Counted from the stretch's first letter, positions 34,801-47,859 are shown. The stretch is 64,000 nt of DNA from Mizuhopecten yessoensis (GCF_002113885.1 NW_018480068.1:115565-179564); one strand, 5' to 3'. Made by a program: numbers and translations. The notes: generated from the letters alone by a model not told the origin.

Positions 34801-37800
34801 AATGAGTGGCCTTGACAGTAGTAAATAAACTGAAATATAAACCAATACCTTTAATTTTCCAAAAACTGTCATTAACTTGTTACAATATTGATAAATTTGA
34901 CTATGTGGAATTTGTACCTGATCTGGTTCAGTGTGCCGGAATACCTGGTGCGTATTTAAAGCGTGGCATCACGTTTCATAAACATCATAGTAAGAAAACG
35001 TCGGTGATATTATGATTGGTCTAATTTGTCAAAGTATAAATATATAAACGTTATTTTCAGATTTACACCTTAAACATGTATTTCATAAGTAAAATGTAAC
35101 GTCATAATATGCAAAAAGAATCATACTGTTGTTTGCTATTTATAAAGGATGGGTGTCTATAAGGCCCTTTTTTGGGCCCCGGTATATTCGGATTTTCACC
35201 TCCCTATTTTGTTCAAAGATGTCCTATTGTATAACAAGCGGAACAAGAGTCCTAGAGGGCCTGTATCGGTCACCTGAAATATGTTAAAAATTATTGGTAT
35301 GAAGTAAAGATATAGCACTCCATGGTAGGTGCTGTAAGTACATAAGAAATTCAGAAAGATCCATCCAGTACTTGAGATATAACGAGAACAAACTTCAAAC
35401 AGAGCCCCACCCTATGCCCCTAAGGGGGTCATACCCAACAAGTATACAAGAACCGAAGGATGCTCCAGACTAAATAAGGATAAAATCCCTTAATCCCGAT
35501 GGTCGAAGAAGGATTTAAACGGTTTTACCTCTATTCCTCCTATTGGGCCCCGCCCTTCTGCCCCCTGGGAGACCACATCCACTGCTTATACAAAATTGAG
35601 TCCCCTTGGCTCAAGGATGCTCCAGACTAAATTAGGATAAAATCCCTTAATCCCTATGGTAGAAGAAGGATTTTAAAGGTTTTACCTCTATTTCCCCTAT
35701 TGGGCCCCGCCTCTCTGCCTCAGGTGGGGGGGGGGGGACAAAATCCTGTCATTCCTACAGAAGAAGAAGAATTTTGAAGATTTTGCTATATTTCCCCTAT
35801 TGGGGCCCTCTTTTCTGTCCCCAGGGGGGGCACACTCGCTGTTTTTACGAAATTGAGTCCCTTTTGCCCAAAGATTATCCAGACTTAATTAGGATAATAT
35901 CCCTTAATATCTATGGTAGAAGAAGGATTATAAAAGTTTTACCTCTATTTCCCCTATTGGGCCCGCCTCTCTGCCTCAGGTCCCAGGGGGTTCCCCTTCA
36001 CCTACGGATCCTTCAGACCAAATGTGGAACAAATTCTTTCATTCCTACAGAAGAAGAAGGATTTTAAAGAATTTGCTATAATTCCCCTATTGGGCCCGCT
36101 CCTCAGCCCCAGGGGGGCCAGACCCACAATTTATACAACATTTGTTCCCCTTCCCCCAAGGATGCTTCTGACCAAATTTGGTCAAAATCTGCTCAGTCGT
36201 TCATGACTAGTAGTGTTTTAAAGGAAAAGTGGACTACGGACGCTGCTGTATGGCATAAGCTCAGGTGAGCTAAAAGAAAACTACGGTAAAACTTTTACCG
36301 AAAGTGGTATTCTTAGGGTACCAAAAGGGGTAGGGTAAATCACAAATATAGTTTCCTGTTTTCAAAATGATCTTAAAAACAAAAATAATACCATTTCTGT
36401 TTTTGAAAACATGTATAAATTAGACAAGCATATGTAAGAGAATGAAAAATGACAGGAATTCAATCGTCACCTAAAGATTGTTTATAAATAACGAAGGATT
36501 AAGACAGGGGGTTGTTTCAGGTAATTTCCAAATGAAAAAAGTTTTGATTTCTCAATAATTTCCTTTGTTATTAATATTTTGACTGGAAATTTACAACTTT
36601 ACTCATTTAAGTAGACTTACATAAATTCCATATTGACTACATACTTTCCTTCTGTTTCATACCGAGTTATGGCTTCTGGACACATATCAAACTTGGCTAT
36701 TTCAAATATCTCTCAATCTTAAGCAAATTAAAAGGTGCAGGACACCCTTTATATGCTATAAGTATAAGATATCAATTGTTAGTATTGTATATTACATATA
36801 TCATATAATATTTTCTCAACATCTGTGGCTGAAGTGAGTTCCAGGTCCTGATTTGTGTTTTTTACTTATCAAAGTTACCTTACAGATCAAAAATGGCATT
36901 TGCCATCACAACTACTGTGAAAATGATTGATTTAATATATGAAGTTTGATTTGCTTAGTTTTTCCGCTTGTCATATAATAGGACATTTTTGAACAAAATA
37001 GGGAGGTGAAAATTCGAATATACCGGGGCCCTAAAAAGGGCCTTATAGACACTCATCCTTTGCATTATTCGCTGAAATATATATATTTGCATGAAAATGA
37101 ATAATTTGTTATCAAGGAGACCGTTTACACATACCAATGGTTGTGTAGAGAGGTGAGCGCAATCCTGTCTATTGCTGTCCTCGTCTTCTACATATACATC
37201 TACAGAAACCTCAAAGTCATCAACAACCAGCTGCTGCTGAAACTGAAGAAACAAAACTCGGAGCTCAAACATCAAGTCAAGGAACTCTCTAAAGATATTT
37301 CTATAATTCGTCATTACATCATGAATCAACCAATCGCAGGTGGGTACTACGGGAACACGTTCTAGACGGTTGTGCAATAAGTGTTTATTTACATATTTGT
37401 ATTCAATTTAAATGTTCGGCATCTTGGAAGAGTAGAACCTAGCCTTATCAACTGTGAAATTTTAACTACATAATCAGGGACGGTTGGTATGTAAACAGGC
37501 ATATCAACTGTGAAATGTTATCTACATAATCTAATCAGGGATAATTGGTATGTAAACAGGCATATCAACTGTGAAGTGTTAACGACACAATCAGGGATGG
37601 TTGGTATGTAAACAGACATATCAACTGTGAAATTTTAACTACATAATCAGGAACGGTTGGTATGTAAACAGGCATATCAACTGTGAAATGTTATCTACAT
37701 ACTCAGAGATGGATGGGATGTAAACAGACATATCATCTGTGAAATATTAACTACATAATGTACATAATCAGGGACGGTTGGTATGTAAACAGACATATCA

Positions 37801-40800
37801 ACTGTGAAATGTTATCTACATAATCAGGGATGGTTGGTATGTAAACAGACATATCAACTGTGAAGTGTTAACGACACAATCAGGGATGGTTGGTATGTAA
37901 ACAGGCATATTAACTATGAAGTGTTAACTGCATAATCAGGGATGGTTGGTTTGTAAACAGGCATATCAACTGTGAAATATTAACTACATAATGTACATAA
38001 TCAGGGATGGTTGGTATGTAAACAGACATATCAACTGTGAAGTGTTAACGACACAATCAGGGATGTTTGGTATGTAAACGGGCATATCAACTGTGAAGTG
38101 TTAACGACATAATGTACATAATCAGGGATGGTTGGCATGTAAACAGACATATCAACTGTGAAGTGTTAACGACATAATGTATATAATCAGGGATAGTTGG
38201 TATGTAAACAGGCATATCAACTGTGAAAATATTATGACACAATCAGGGATGTTTGGTATGTAAACAGACATATCAATTGTGAAGTGTTAACGACACAATC
38301 AGGGATGGTTGGTATGTAAACAGGCATATCAACTGTGAAGTGTTATCTACATGAATGTACATAATCAGGGATGGTTGGTATGTAAACAGACATCAACTGT
38401 GAAATATTATCTACATAATGTACATAATCAGGGATGGTTGGTATGTAAACAGGAATATTATCTGTGAAATGTTCTCTACATAATCAGGGATGGTTGGTAT
38501 GTAAACGGGCATATCAACTGTGAAGTGTTAACGACACAATCAGGGATGGTTGGTATGTAAACAGACATATCATCTGTAAAAAAATATTAACTACATAATG
38601 TACATAATCAGGGATGGTTGGTATGTAAACAGGCATATTATCTGTGAAATGTTCTCTACATAATCAGGGATGGTTGGTATGTAAACAGACATATCAACTG
38701 TGAAATGTTATCTACATAATGTACATAATCAGTGATGGTTGGTATGTAAACAGACATATCAACTGTGAAGTGTTAACNCAGGGATGGTTGGTATGTAAAC
38801 AGGCATAGCATCTGTGAAGTGTTAACTACATAATATACATAATCAGGGATGGTTGGTATGTAAACAGACATATCATCTGTGAAGTGTTAACTACATAATG
38901 TACATAATCAGGGATGGTTGGTATGTAAACAGGCATAGCATCTGTGAAGTGTTAACTACATAATATACATAATCAGGGATGGTTGGTATGTAAACAGACA
39001 TATCATCTGTGAAGTGTTAACTACATAATGTACATAATCAGGGATGGTTGGTATGTAAACAGGCATATTAACTGTGAAGTGTTAAGGACATAATCAGGGA
39101 TGGTTGGTTTGTAAACAGGCATATCATCTGTGAAATATTAACTACATAATGTACATAATCAGGGATGGTTGGTATGTAAACAGGCATATCAACTGTGAAG
39201 TGTTAACGACACAATCAGGGATGGTTGGTATGTAAACAGGCATATCAACTGTGAAGTGTTAACGACATAATCAGGAATGGTTGGTATGTAAACAGACATA
39301 TCAACTGTGAAGTGTTTACGACATAATGTACATAATCAGGGATGGTTGGTATGTAAACAGGCATAGCATCTGTGAAATGTTATCTACACAATCAGTGATG
39401 GTTGGTATGAAAACAGGCATATCAACTGTGAAGTATGAACTACACAATCAGGGATGGTTGGTATGTAAACAGGCATATCAAATGTGAAGTGTTAACGACA
39501 CAATCAGGGATGGTTGGTATGTAAACAGGCATATCAATTGTGAAGTGTTAACTACATAATCAGGGATGGTTGGTATGTAAACAGACATATCATCTGTGAA
39601 ATGTTATCTACATAATCAAATCAGAGATGGTTGGTATGTAAACAGGCATATTATCTGTGAAGTGTTAACTACATAATCAGGGATGGTTGGTATGTAAACA
39701 GGCATATCAACTGTGAAATATTATGTGAAATATTAACTACATAATCAGTGATGGTTGGTATTTAACTAGTGTGGAAGGTCAACCATCGTCAAATTAAGTC
39801 CACTTTGTTACAGTCTGGTAGTGAACTGGCCATTACTATTGTATACAGATTAAGAAAAGGAGTCTGGATATCATTTCAAATTCTGGACGTAAAAGAAATG
39901 TATGTTTTACTTGAAATGATATTTTGATGAACAAATATCACATTTTCTTCTGTATATGCAATTAATCGATCTGTACTCCTATATATATACTCCTTTCTTT
40001 CAGTATTAACATATTTTATTGACATGAGGACAGTCGAAAGGATATAGGTAAACATAAGGCCAGTTTATTCTATCAATATTATCTCTCGATTCTTTCTAAG
40101 ATCGGAACACAAAATGTGTCTGAATCCTAAAGAAATTGTTCAGGGAGCCAAAACTTTTATCAAACTGCAATAAACGATATTGTGTACGATGCTAGACTGT
40201 TGTTGGTTATATACAAGACCCAGATTTGGCTTTGTCTATGCAAGATAATCGATGGTTATAAAGTTATTGAATTTTCGTTCTACCTAGACTGTTTTACTGT
40301 GAAATCGAATATTTTCATGGGGTCCAAATTTTGTGGTTTCCCGAAAAACACCATTTCGAGGGTGCATGCATTCGTGGATCACGTGTTCCGACTCATACGG
40401 AGTATGGCTTTGTTAAACTTCGATGCAGATTACCCACGAAATCAACGAAATTAAAAACCCCACGAAAAATAGTGATTTCAGTTATTATTAAAAAGTGAAG
40501 AAATAGCATATGGTTCTCATCAAGGTTTTATTTAAATGTGTATGTTTTAAGTTTAATTCATTTTGCGTATGCAAATGGTAAAGTTTCTTGAATCCGTTTA
40601 GTAAACTAAGCGAGTATGAAAATAGACATCTACACTGTATGTAGCATTTAACTAGTTCTATTTGACATTGGAATGGTTAAATTATACTTTTGAATGCTAC
40701 AGATTCTGACGATTCGGATGCTGAATCATCAAGTAAAATCCTTCCGGCACGAAGGAAACAGAAGAAGTCGATATCTCCTCTACAGGTAAATACGTGATCT

Positions 40801-42323
40801 CACAGTTGTTGAAGACAGAATGAAAATGCTGTTGAATTGATAAAATATGATAGAAATAAAAGTAATTATATTGAAAATTGTTTTCTGGTCGATCAATTTT
40901 CAATGCTTTTTATAGTCGAAGTGTTTTATTAGTTTAAGTATTTTTTTGAATATTGTGGCTCATGGTAAAGAAGGGCGAGTGTCTAACTAATATTAGACAT
41001 AATTATGTTTTCCTTGCACAATCGTTCATATTTGTCATATTTAGTTAGGTCTTTGTTCGTGGTTCACAGCAATGTGTTTGTTTGTTTATTCGTTAAATAT
41101 ATGTTACACCAAACGTTAACAGTTATGGATTTAACAAAAACTTGTTAGATATCCAGTTCAAATAAATAATAGAAGAATCAGAAACAACAAAACGTGAATG
41201 GTTGAAGAAGGTATATTGAATATTACGTTTGAAGTATGAAGGACCGGTGAAAACATAGAAATGATGTGTTACCAAAAGGCTACCAAAGAATTCGGGAATA
41301 AAAATGGAAGATTGTTATCATTACTATTGGAGAAAGCTGTAACATAGATGATAAATAATAACGTCAGTAAATCTTGAAATGTGTACCATTGATATGTAGG
41401 TTTTGCCAACGACGGCCAACGCCAACGAAACTAATATAGAGGCAGACGATCGGAGTGAAATCACTGTGGAAACTAGTGATCGGGAGCAAGCGGTAGCCAC
41501 TTCCGGTACAGAGACATCATCTACAAGTTCCGGTGCCGAAGGATCAGGAAGTAGGTCAGAGGGACTTGGAACTTCTCCAATTGCAAGGAGATCAATGACA
41601 ACGTCCGACACAGAGAGATCGGTATCCACTTCCGGTGCAGATATGACTCCCTTAGTAGACACGCCACAGGTAAATGTCTAGAATCATTCAAATTTAACTT
41701 TTACACATAGGAGGGTAAGCTGAAAATAATACAAAATTTAAACAATAGGTCAGAGTTGAAACAGGACTATTTTTTGGAGAGATACATGATTAATCCTAAA
41801 AAACGCTTTCTGTCTTGCACTATGATATGTTTTAACCAAGAGAACGTATTTACTTAGGGACACGCATCAAATAAAATAAAAAGTCGTTCCCAAGAAGTAT
41901 CCCCCGAAAACCAATCTTTACTCAGGAGTTTCCCATATACACAGTGAGACTACACCAAATCAACCCTGACACTATGAATGTTTAAAATCATGTGTTCATT
42001 AATTGTACATGATGGTCAAGTCATGTATCTTTAATGGTCAGAATCGTTTATGTGTAAATTTTAATTATTGATCAGAATCATTTATGTATTAATTGTAATT
42101 ATTGTCCATTATAATGTATGTGTTAATTGTTATTATTGATCAGAATAAATTAGGTGTTAATTGTAATTAACGGTCAGAATAGGTAGATGTTAATTGTCTT
42201 ATAATTTATCATTATCATGTTTGAGTTAAATGCAATTATCTGCATCATGGTATGTGTTGTTTGCAATTTCAGTCATCCGGGTATTCGCTAAGATCGATGA
42301 GTCGTCCGAGAACGCCACCGTGA
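31801..42323 (+). CDS. GEX1/Brambleberry/Kar5-family protein, paralogue B (about 510-525 aa); last exon uncertain
   Basis: Exons 31801-32712, 37117-37339, 40703-40785, 41400-41669, then probably 42273-42323 (SSGYSLRSMSRPRTPP*) or alternatively 41858-41947. Exons 1-2 are clearly homologous to paralogue A: all six Cys, RMALSYLNCFL, THNICYFLE, KLQTTVLG, LLTS..RTA.ARFWL, QWLCR, KQNSEL. Introns 1 and 2 have the same phases as in A. The start codon could be the ATG at 31801, 31810 or 31819. Confidence 0.82.
32815..33851 (+). mobile_element. HINE-like element with a 145-bp internal tandem array (about 5 copies)
   Basis: (cgtc)n microsatellite at 32841-32863; 145-bp units starting aatgaccttgacccactttcaaggtcac; terminus caggtgagcgatgcaggccagttgggcctcttgtt with a short palindrome. 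Confidence 0.8.
35145..37060. mobile_element. TIR element (about 100-bp TIRs, Kolobok-like by inference) carrying a nested HINE
   Basis: aaggatgggtgtctataaggcccttttttgggccccggtatattcg... versus ...cgaatataccggggccctaaaaagggccttatagacactcatcctt; a partial third copy is at 45960-46143. Confidence 0.8.
35242..36275 (-). mobile_element. HINE-like element nested in the TIR element
   Basis: aacaagagtcctagagggcctgtatcggtcacctga ... about 156-bp internal repeats ... gctcaggtgagctaaaa. Confidence 0.8.
37446..39765. repeat. 56/65-bp minisatellite, about 40 copies, in paralogue B intron 2
   Basis: Unit tatcaactgtgaagtgttaacgacacaatcagggatggttggtatgtaaacaggca, with an optional 9-bp atgtacata insertion. 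Confidence 0.96.
40295..40484. mobile_element. Tc1/mariner-type MITE (degenerate)
   Basis: tactgtgaaatc...ttttcatgggg / ccccacgaaaaatagtgatttcagtta inverted termini with TA ends. Confidence 0.55.
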
Positions 42324-43979
42324 CATGTTATACTCCTACGTCCCAGGATGCTGATGGCCTGCATCATGATATCTATAATCCTAGCTCATTGTTGGTTCAC
42401 TTTCTTAGGTATGATAGTAGGTGACAAGGTTAAAAAAAGATAATAATTGTCCTAATTATGATTTGACAAAAATTATTAAATCACCTATCCACATTTCATT
42501 AACAATGAAGTTAGAAAAGGCTCTCCAGTGGCGAATCAACTGTGACATGTGCCATGATGAAAAATCCGGGGAGAGACTCGTATTTTATGACTGAGGAAAG
42601 TATAAATCAGCGTTTTTCTAATAGTGTCTTTCTGGATACGCCGCAGTGGGCCAGTTCTAAATCGAGACGAGGGGGTTCAAAGACTATCGCACATTTATGA
42701 CAAAGCATTAAACAAAGCGTAGCTTAATCGAGTAATTTCGGTACATATATAACCACTATTGTACTATACATACGCTTAAAGCGTAGCCGAATCGACACCG
42801 ATTTTGTGGACAACTCGTACACATTTTACACCCTTGTGTGCATACGCTTCACTGGTCCTTTGTCTGATGAAGATGACAGTGTACATATCGTATGAGTCAT
42901 CGAAACGACGTCACATAGAAAAGTCTTTTGGTTGTGTAAAAAGAACTTTTCATAGTGTATAAATCAGCGACAGTTAAAGTATGTGGAAGTGTTTCCTGAG
43001 GTGACCATTATTGTTCTAATGAAAGTAAATGTCATTTCATCAAATTTTAGAAGAGGGGGCTGTTGTATATAGTTAATTTTAAGTTCTGTGAGATGAATAT
43101 GACCAAAGTAATTGTCGAAATTATTGTTCTTTATTAAAATATATTTCTGAATGTGAAATTAAGAAAACTCGTGCAAGCATCTGATTTTCTGTTTTATTAT
43201 TAAACTGATTGTAAATTGTAATTTGCTATTTCATTATATTTACCATCGTATGGCATTGCCACTAAATTCATATAGGCTATGCAAGTACAATTGATTTTTA
43301 TATGAGATGAGCAGATTCCAAAATGGTAAATATAAGTATTGAACTGCCTTCAGCAGGCAGTCATAGGATGATGTGTTAACACTTGTAACTTGATTGAAAG
43401 TGTCATTAGTTTACACCTAATACTTAAAGCCTGAATTTTTCGCGTTTAAGAATACACCATACAGCTGTAGGTTTGGAAGCTTAGTCGAGGTGTATAGCCT
43501 CCTTGTAGCTTATATAATGGCGTCTGAACGCTTTATTTTAGTATGCTTTTAAATTAAAAAGACTGATTTTATTGATATGTTGTTGTTATTTATTGTTGGT
43601 TTATATTTGCGTTTTTAAAAACTCATTACAATGCAACCGCTTGAAAACACTGGAGGCTCATTTAGTTTATTTGGTTCTGAATATTGTGCTGTCAAAATTC
43701 CCCCGTTATTTGTCCTTCATTGTTATTCTTTATATTTTGCTCGGTGCAGACTGACCTGATTTCTTGTGAAAAAAACATGACTTAATCAACATTTTCTAAT
43801 CTCCAAACTTAATTAATAATTTTCCAACATTAAATATGTTGATGAGCTGTTGGGATTAAAAAAAAGATTTGATAAATTAACGTCGAACAAAAAATAGAAT
43901 TATGACGAAAAGAAATCGCCACAGGTATGACTAAATAAATGGGTTAAAATTGATGTAAAATCTTTCTATCTCTTCTTGA

Positions 43980-45503
43980 AACAAGAGGCCCATGGGCCTT
44001 AACGGTCACCTGAGTCTATAGTATTTATTTTTGTTGTTGAAATATGTACCAATTTGAGTAAAAAATAGTATAATGTTAACTTAACTTTGTCAGGACCATG
44101 AGCTGATCATTCCTAGACCAATTTTAAGTGAGATCGGCCTATTAGAACTTAGTAGCAAAATAGCGGCCATGGCAGCCAAATTGTATTTCTGATTGACCCG
44201 AAAAATAACAACACTTTGTCAGGACCATGATTCGATCATTCCTACAAAGTTTCAGTTCAATCGGCCAAGTAGATCTTTACTTTAAGTTTGAAATAGTTTT
44301 TCAAAATGGCAGCCGTGGTGGCCATATTGGATTNNNNNNNNNNNNNNNNNNNNNNNNNNNNNNNNNNNNNNNNNNNNNNNNNNNNNNNNNNNNNNNNNNN
44401 NNNNNNNNNNNNNNNNNNNNNNNNNNNNNNNNNNNNNNNNNNNNNNNNNNNNNNNNNNNNNNNNNNNNNNNNNNNNNNNNNNNNNNNNNNNNNNNNNNNN
44501 NNNNNNNNNNNNNNNNNNNNNNNNNNNNNNNNNNNNNNNNNNNNNNNNNNNNNNNNNNNNNNNNNNNNNNNNNNNNNNNNNNNNNNNNNNNNNNNNNNNN
44601 NNNNNNNNNNNNNNNNNNNNNNNNNNNNNNNNNNNNNNNNNNNNNNNNNNNNNNNNNNNNNNNNNNNNNNNNNNNNNNNNNNNNNNNNNNNNNNNNNNNN
44701 NNNNNNNNNNNNNNNNNNNNNNNNNNNNNNNNNNNNNNNNNNNNNNNNNNNNNNNNNNNNNNNNNNNNNNNNNNNNNNNNNNNNNNNNNNNNNNNNNNNN
44801 NNNNNNNNNNNNNNNNNNNNNNNNNNNNNNNNNNNNNNNNNNNNNNNNNNNNNNNNNNNNNNNNNNNNNNNNNNNNNNNNNNNNNNNNNNNNNNNNNNNN
44901 NNNNNNNNNNNNNNNNNNNNNNNNNNNNNNNNNNNNNNNNNNNNNNNNNNNNNNNNNNNNNNNNNNNNNNNNNNNNNNNNNNNNNNNNNNNNNNNNNNNN
45001 NNNNNNNNNNNNNNNNNNNNNNNNNNNNNNNNNNNNNNNNNNNNNNNNNNNNNNNNNNNNNNNNNNNNNNNNNNNNNNNNNNNNNNNNNNNNNNNNNNNN
45101 NNNNNNNNNNNNNNNNNNNNNNNNNNNNNNNNNNNNNNNNTGGCGGCCATATTGGATTTCTGATCGACCCGAAAAATAACAACACTTTGTCAGGACCATG
45201 AGGCGATCATTCCTACCAACTTTCAGTTCAATCGGTCCAGCAGAACTTGACTTTAAGTTTGAAATAGGTTTTCAAAATGGCGGCCGTGGCGGCCATATTG
45301 GATTTCTGATCGACCCGAAAAATAACAACACTTTGTCAGGACCATGAGGCGATCATTCCTACCAACTTTCAGTTCAATCGGCCCAGCAGAACTTGACTTT
45401 AAGTTTGAAATGTAAAATGTTAACGGACGACGGACGACGGACGACGACGGACGAAAACGGATAGCAATAGGTCACTTGAGCTAAAGCTCAGGTGACCTAA
45501 AAA
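43980..45503 (-). mobile_element. HINE-like element with a 146-bp internal array, spanning the assembly gap
   Basis: acaagaggcccatgggccttaacggtcacctgagt terminus; 146-bp units (ggcggccatattggatttctgatcgacccg...); (cggacga)n microsatellite at 45424-45453; ctcaggtgacctaaaaa terminus. Confidence 0.8.
44334..45140. other. Assembly gap (807 N)
   Basis: Run of N inside a 146-bp tandem array. Confidence 1.
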
Positions 45504-45959
45504 GCGCATGTACATGTTACCAAGGTGGTCGTGCAAACCAAGTTGCTACATGATCTAATAAGGGACTTGTTCTCAAATTGGAGAATGCACAATAAGGGGA
45601 TCGTGTATACAATGTCTGGTCGTGATCCTTAATGGAGTTCATGAGAAGTAGCTTTAACAACAAGACATGAAAATTCCAAGATGGCAAAGGCAGTCATTTT
45701 GTTTTTATATCGAATTTGAACATGTACAACTATGGACCATGGGAATCACGTATACCAAGCTTTATAATCATTTTATTACTTTCCGAAAATAAAGGAATGT
45801 TACAAGCAATATTTTTGATAAAATTCAAGATGGCCAAGTTGCTATTTTGTTTTTTCCAAAATGTGTAAATTTCAAGCTGGCACAACTAGGTACTAATTAA
45901 ACCATATATACCAAGTTTCATCATAACCCAATTAATATTTCCTGAGAAACATGTTCACA

Positions 45960-46143
45960 AAGGATGAGTGTCTATAAGGCCCTCTTTGGGCCCCGGTATT
46001 TTCACCTCCTTATTTTGTTCAAAGTTGTCCTATTGTATGACATGCGGAAAAACTAAGGTAAAACTTAGACTGAAAGTGGGTTTCTGGGGGTACCAAAAGG
46101 GGTAGGGTTAATCACAAATACAGTTTGCTGTTTTCAAAATGAG
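45960..46143 (+). mobile_element. Truncated copy of the left end of the 35145-37060 TIR element
   Basis: aaggatgagtgtctataaggccctctttgggccccggta...ggtaccaaaaggggtagggttaatcacaaata...ttttcaaaatga. Confidence 0.8.
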
Positions 46144-46543
46144 CTCGGGTTGGAGATTTCTCTGTCACACCCTCAAGGTAGGGGAAGATTCTATTAGTCT
46201 CCCCCTTGGGTTGAGACGGGGGATTGACCCCCGGATTCCCCTATTCATAACAATGGTATGACGTCATGTCATCAATACAATGACTTCAGGTCAACAGCCC
46301 ATCAATATCACCTGAATTTAGCCTGTAACGTTATCATTACATTGTGTATATGATACACAATGGGAGAACAGGGTAAGAGAAAAAGATTCATTCACCACCT
46401 TGTGGGTGAGAGATTCTATTAGTCTCTCTACATGTGTTTTCAAAGAAGAATATCAGAAGTATGTCTTAATGTCAAATAAAAGGATAAAGCCACCAGTATC
46501 TTATCCCCTTTCTTTAGTAACCCTTGTAAAACATACCATCAAC

Positions 46544-46725
46544 CAGGGGGGCCTGATAATTTGTTACAGCTATATTTTAACCTAAACTGGGGTGTTCAGA
46601 GTAATTGAACCCCCAATGATCACATTTTACTGAAAATTGATCTAAACCCCTAAAATGTGTAATATTATTCTGAACACTCCAGTTTAGGTCCAAATATAGC
46701 TGTAACAAATTATCACGTCCCTCTG
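46544..46725. mobile_element. hAT-type MITE, 182 bp
   Basis: About 55-bp TIRs cagggggg-cctgataatttgttacagctatatt... / ...aatatagctgtaacaaattatcacgtccctctg; 8-bp TSD ccatcaac / ccttcaac. Confidence 0.8.
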
Positions 46726-47171
46726 CCTTCAACAGATAGCTAGGAAGTCATTCAACTCACATTGCTATGTTCCTCTTGGATTTATCATTCAAACTAAAAG
46801 CAGAGGTGCAAACTTATTAAGTATTTTTAATGTTGCAAAACGAAGACAGATCAAAAATAAGTTTACAACATTAGTTTCTTTAAGTATAATCAATAGAGTA
46901 CTAATTATAAGTTATGGACAAATTTATTTTCTTTACCTGATACAATGATTAGACCATTTCTCTTGATAAAGCTACTGAGGTATAAAATTGCATGTCAAAT
47001 TTAATGCACAACAGGAATGCAGCAGAACACACTAGCTGCATCAATGATACATGTACCATCAGTCTGCTTCAAAATGGGGAAAAAGTTCAATCAGACAATA
47101 ATTTAAAAGTACACTGTAATCAAATGATTGTATTGATCTATGTTATGGCCGACGTCATCAATGGACAACTT

Positions 47172-47625
47172 TGACCAGGGATGTGGGGTTCACCAGGGAT
47201 GGGGGTTCACCAGGGGTGGTGGCTCACCAGGTAATGGGTTCATGCAGAATAGGTTCATCAGGAATGGGTTCACCAGGAATAGGGGTTCACCAGGGATGGG
47301 GGTTCACCAGGGATGGGTTCACCTGGAATGGGGGTTCACCAGGGATGATGGTTCACCAGGTAATGGGTTCACCAGGATGGGGGTTCACCAGGGATGGGGG
47401 TTCACCAGGGATGATGGTTCACCAGGTAATGGATTCACCAGGAATGGGGGTTCACCAGGAATGGGGGTTCACCAGGGATGGGAGTTCACCAGGAATGGGT
47501 TCACCTGGAATGGGGGTTCACCAGGGATGGGGGTTCACCAGGGATGATGGTTCACCAGGTAATGGGTTCACCAGGAATGGGGGTTCACCAGGGTTGGGGG
47601 TTCATTAGGGATGTGGTTTCACTGG
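47172..47625. repeat. G-rich degenerate 16-20-bp minisatellite
   Basis: Recurrent ggttcaccagg(g/a)atggg(gg). Confidence 0.92.
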
Positions 47626-47859
47626 TAAGGCTCTTACCTATGGCAGCGATGTTTGGAATCAATGGTAGGGCAGGGTATCCAATCAACAGTAAAGCCCCGC
47701 CTTCTTTTCCATATTTAGTACCCAGGTGTGTCACAGGAGGGTACAGGTGGTCAAGACCTGAATCTGTATTTTGCTGTTTTAGTCAATTTCATTGAAGTAG
47801 AACGACCACAGAGTCTGATGTCACATGACTGCTGATTCTGATGTCGAAGGTAGTGAAGC

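Noticed and set aside
44227-45201. ORFs of about 300 aa
   Set aside because: They are artefacts of the N gap.
47140-47795. Gly/Pro-rich ORFs resembling collagen or adhesive proteins
   Set aside because: All three frames are open because of a stop-poor G-rich minisatellite whose units are not multiples of 3.
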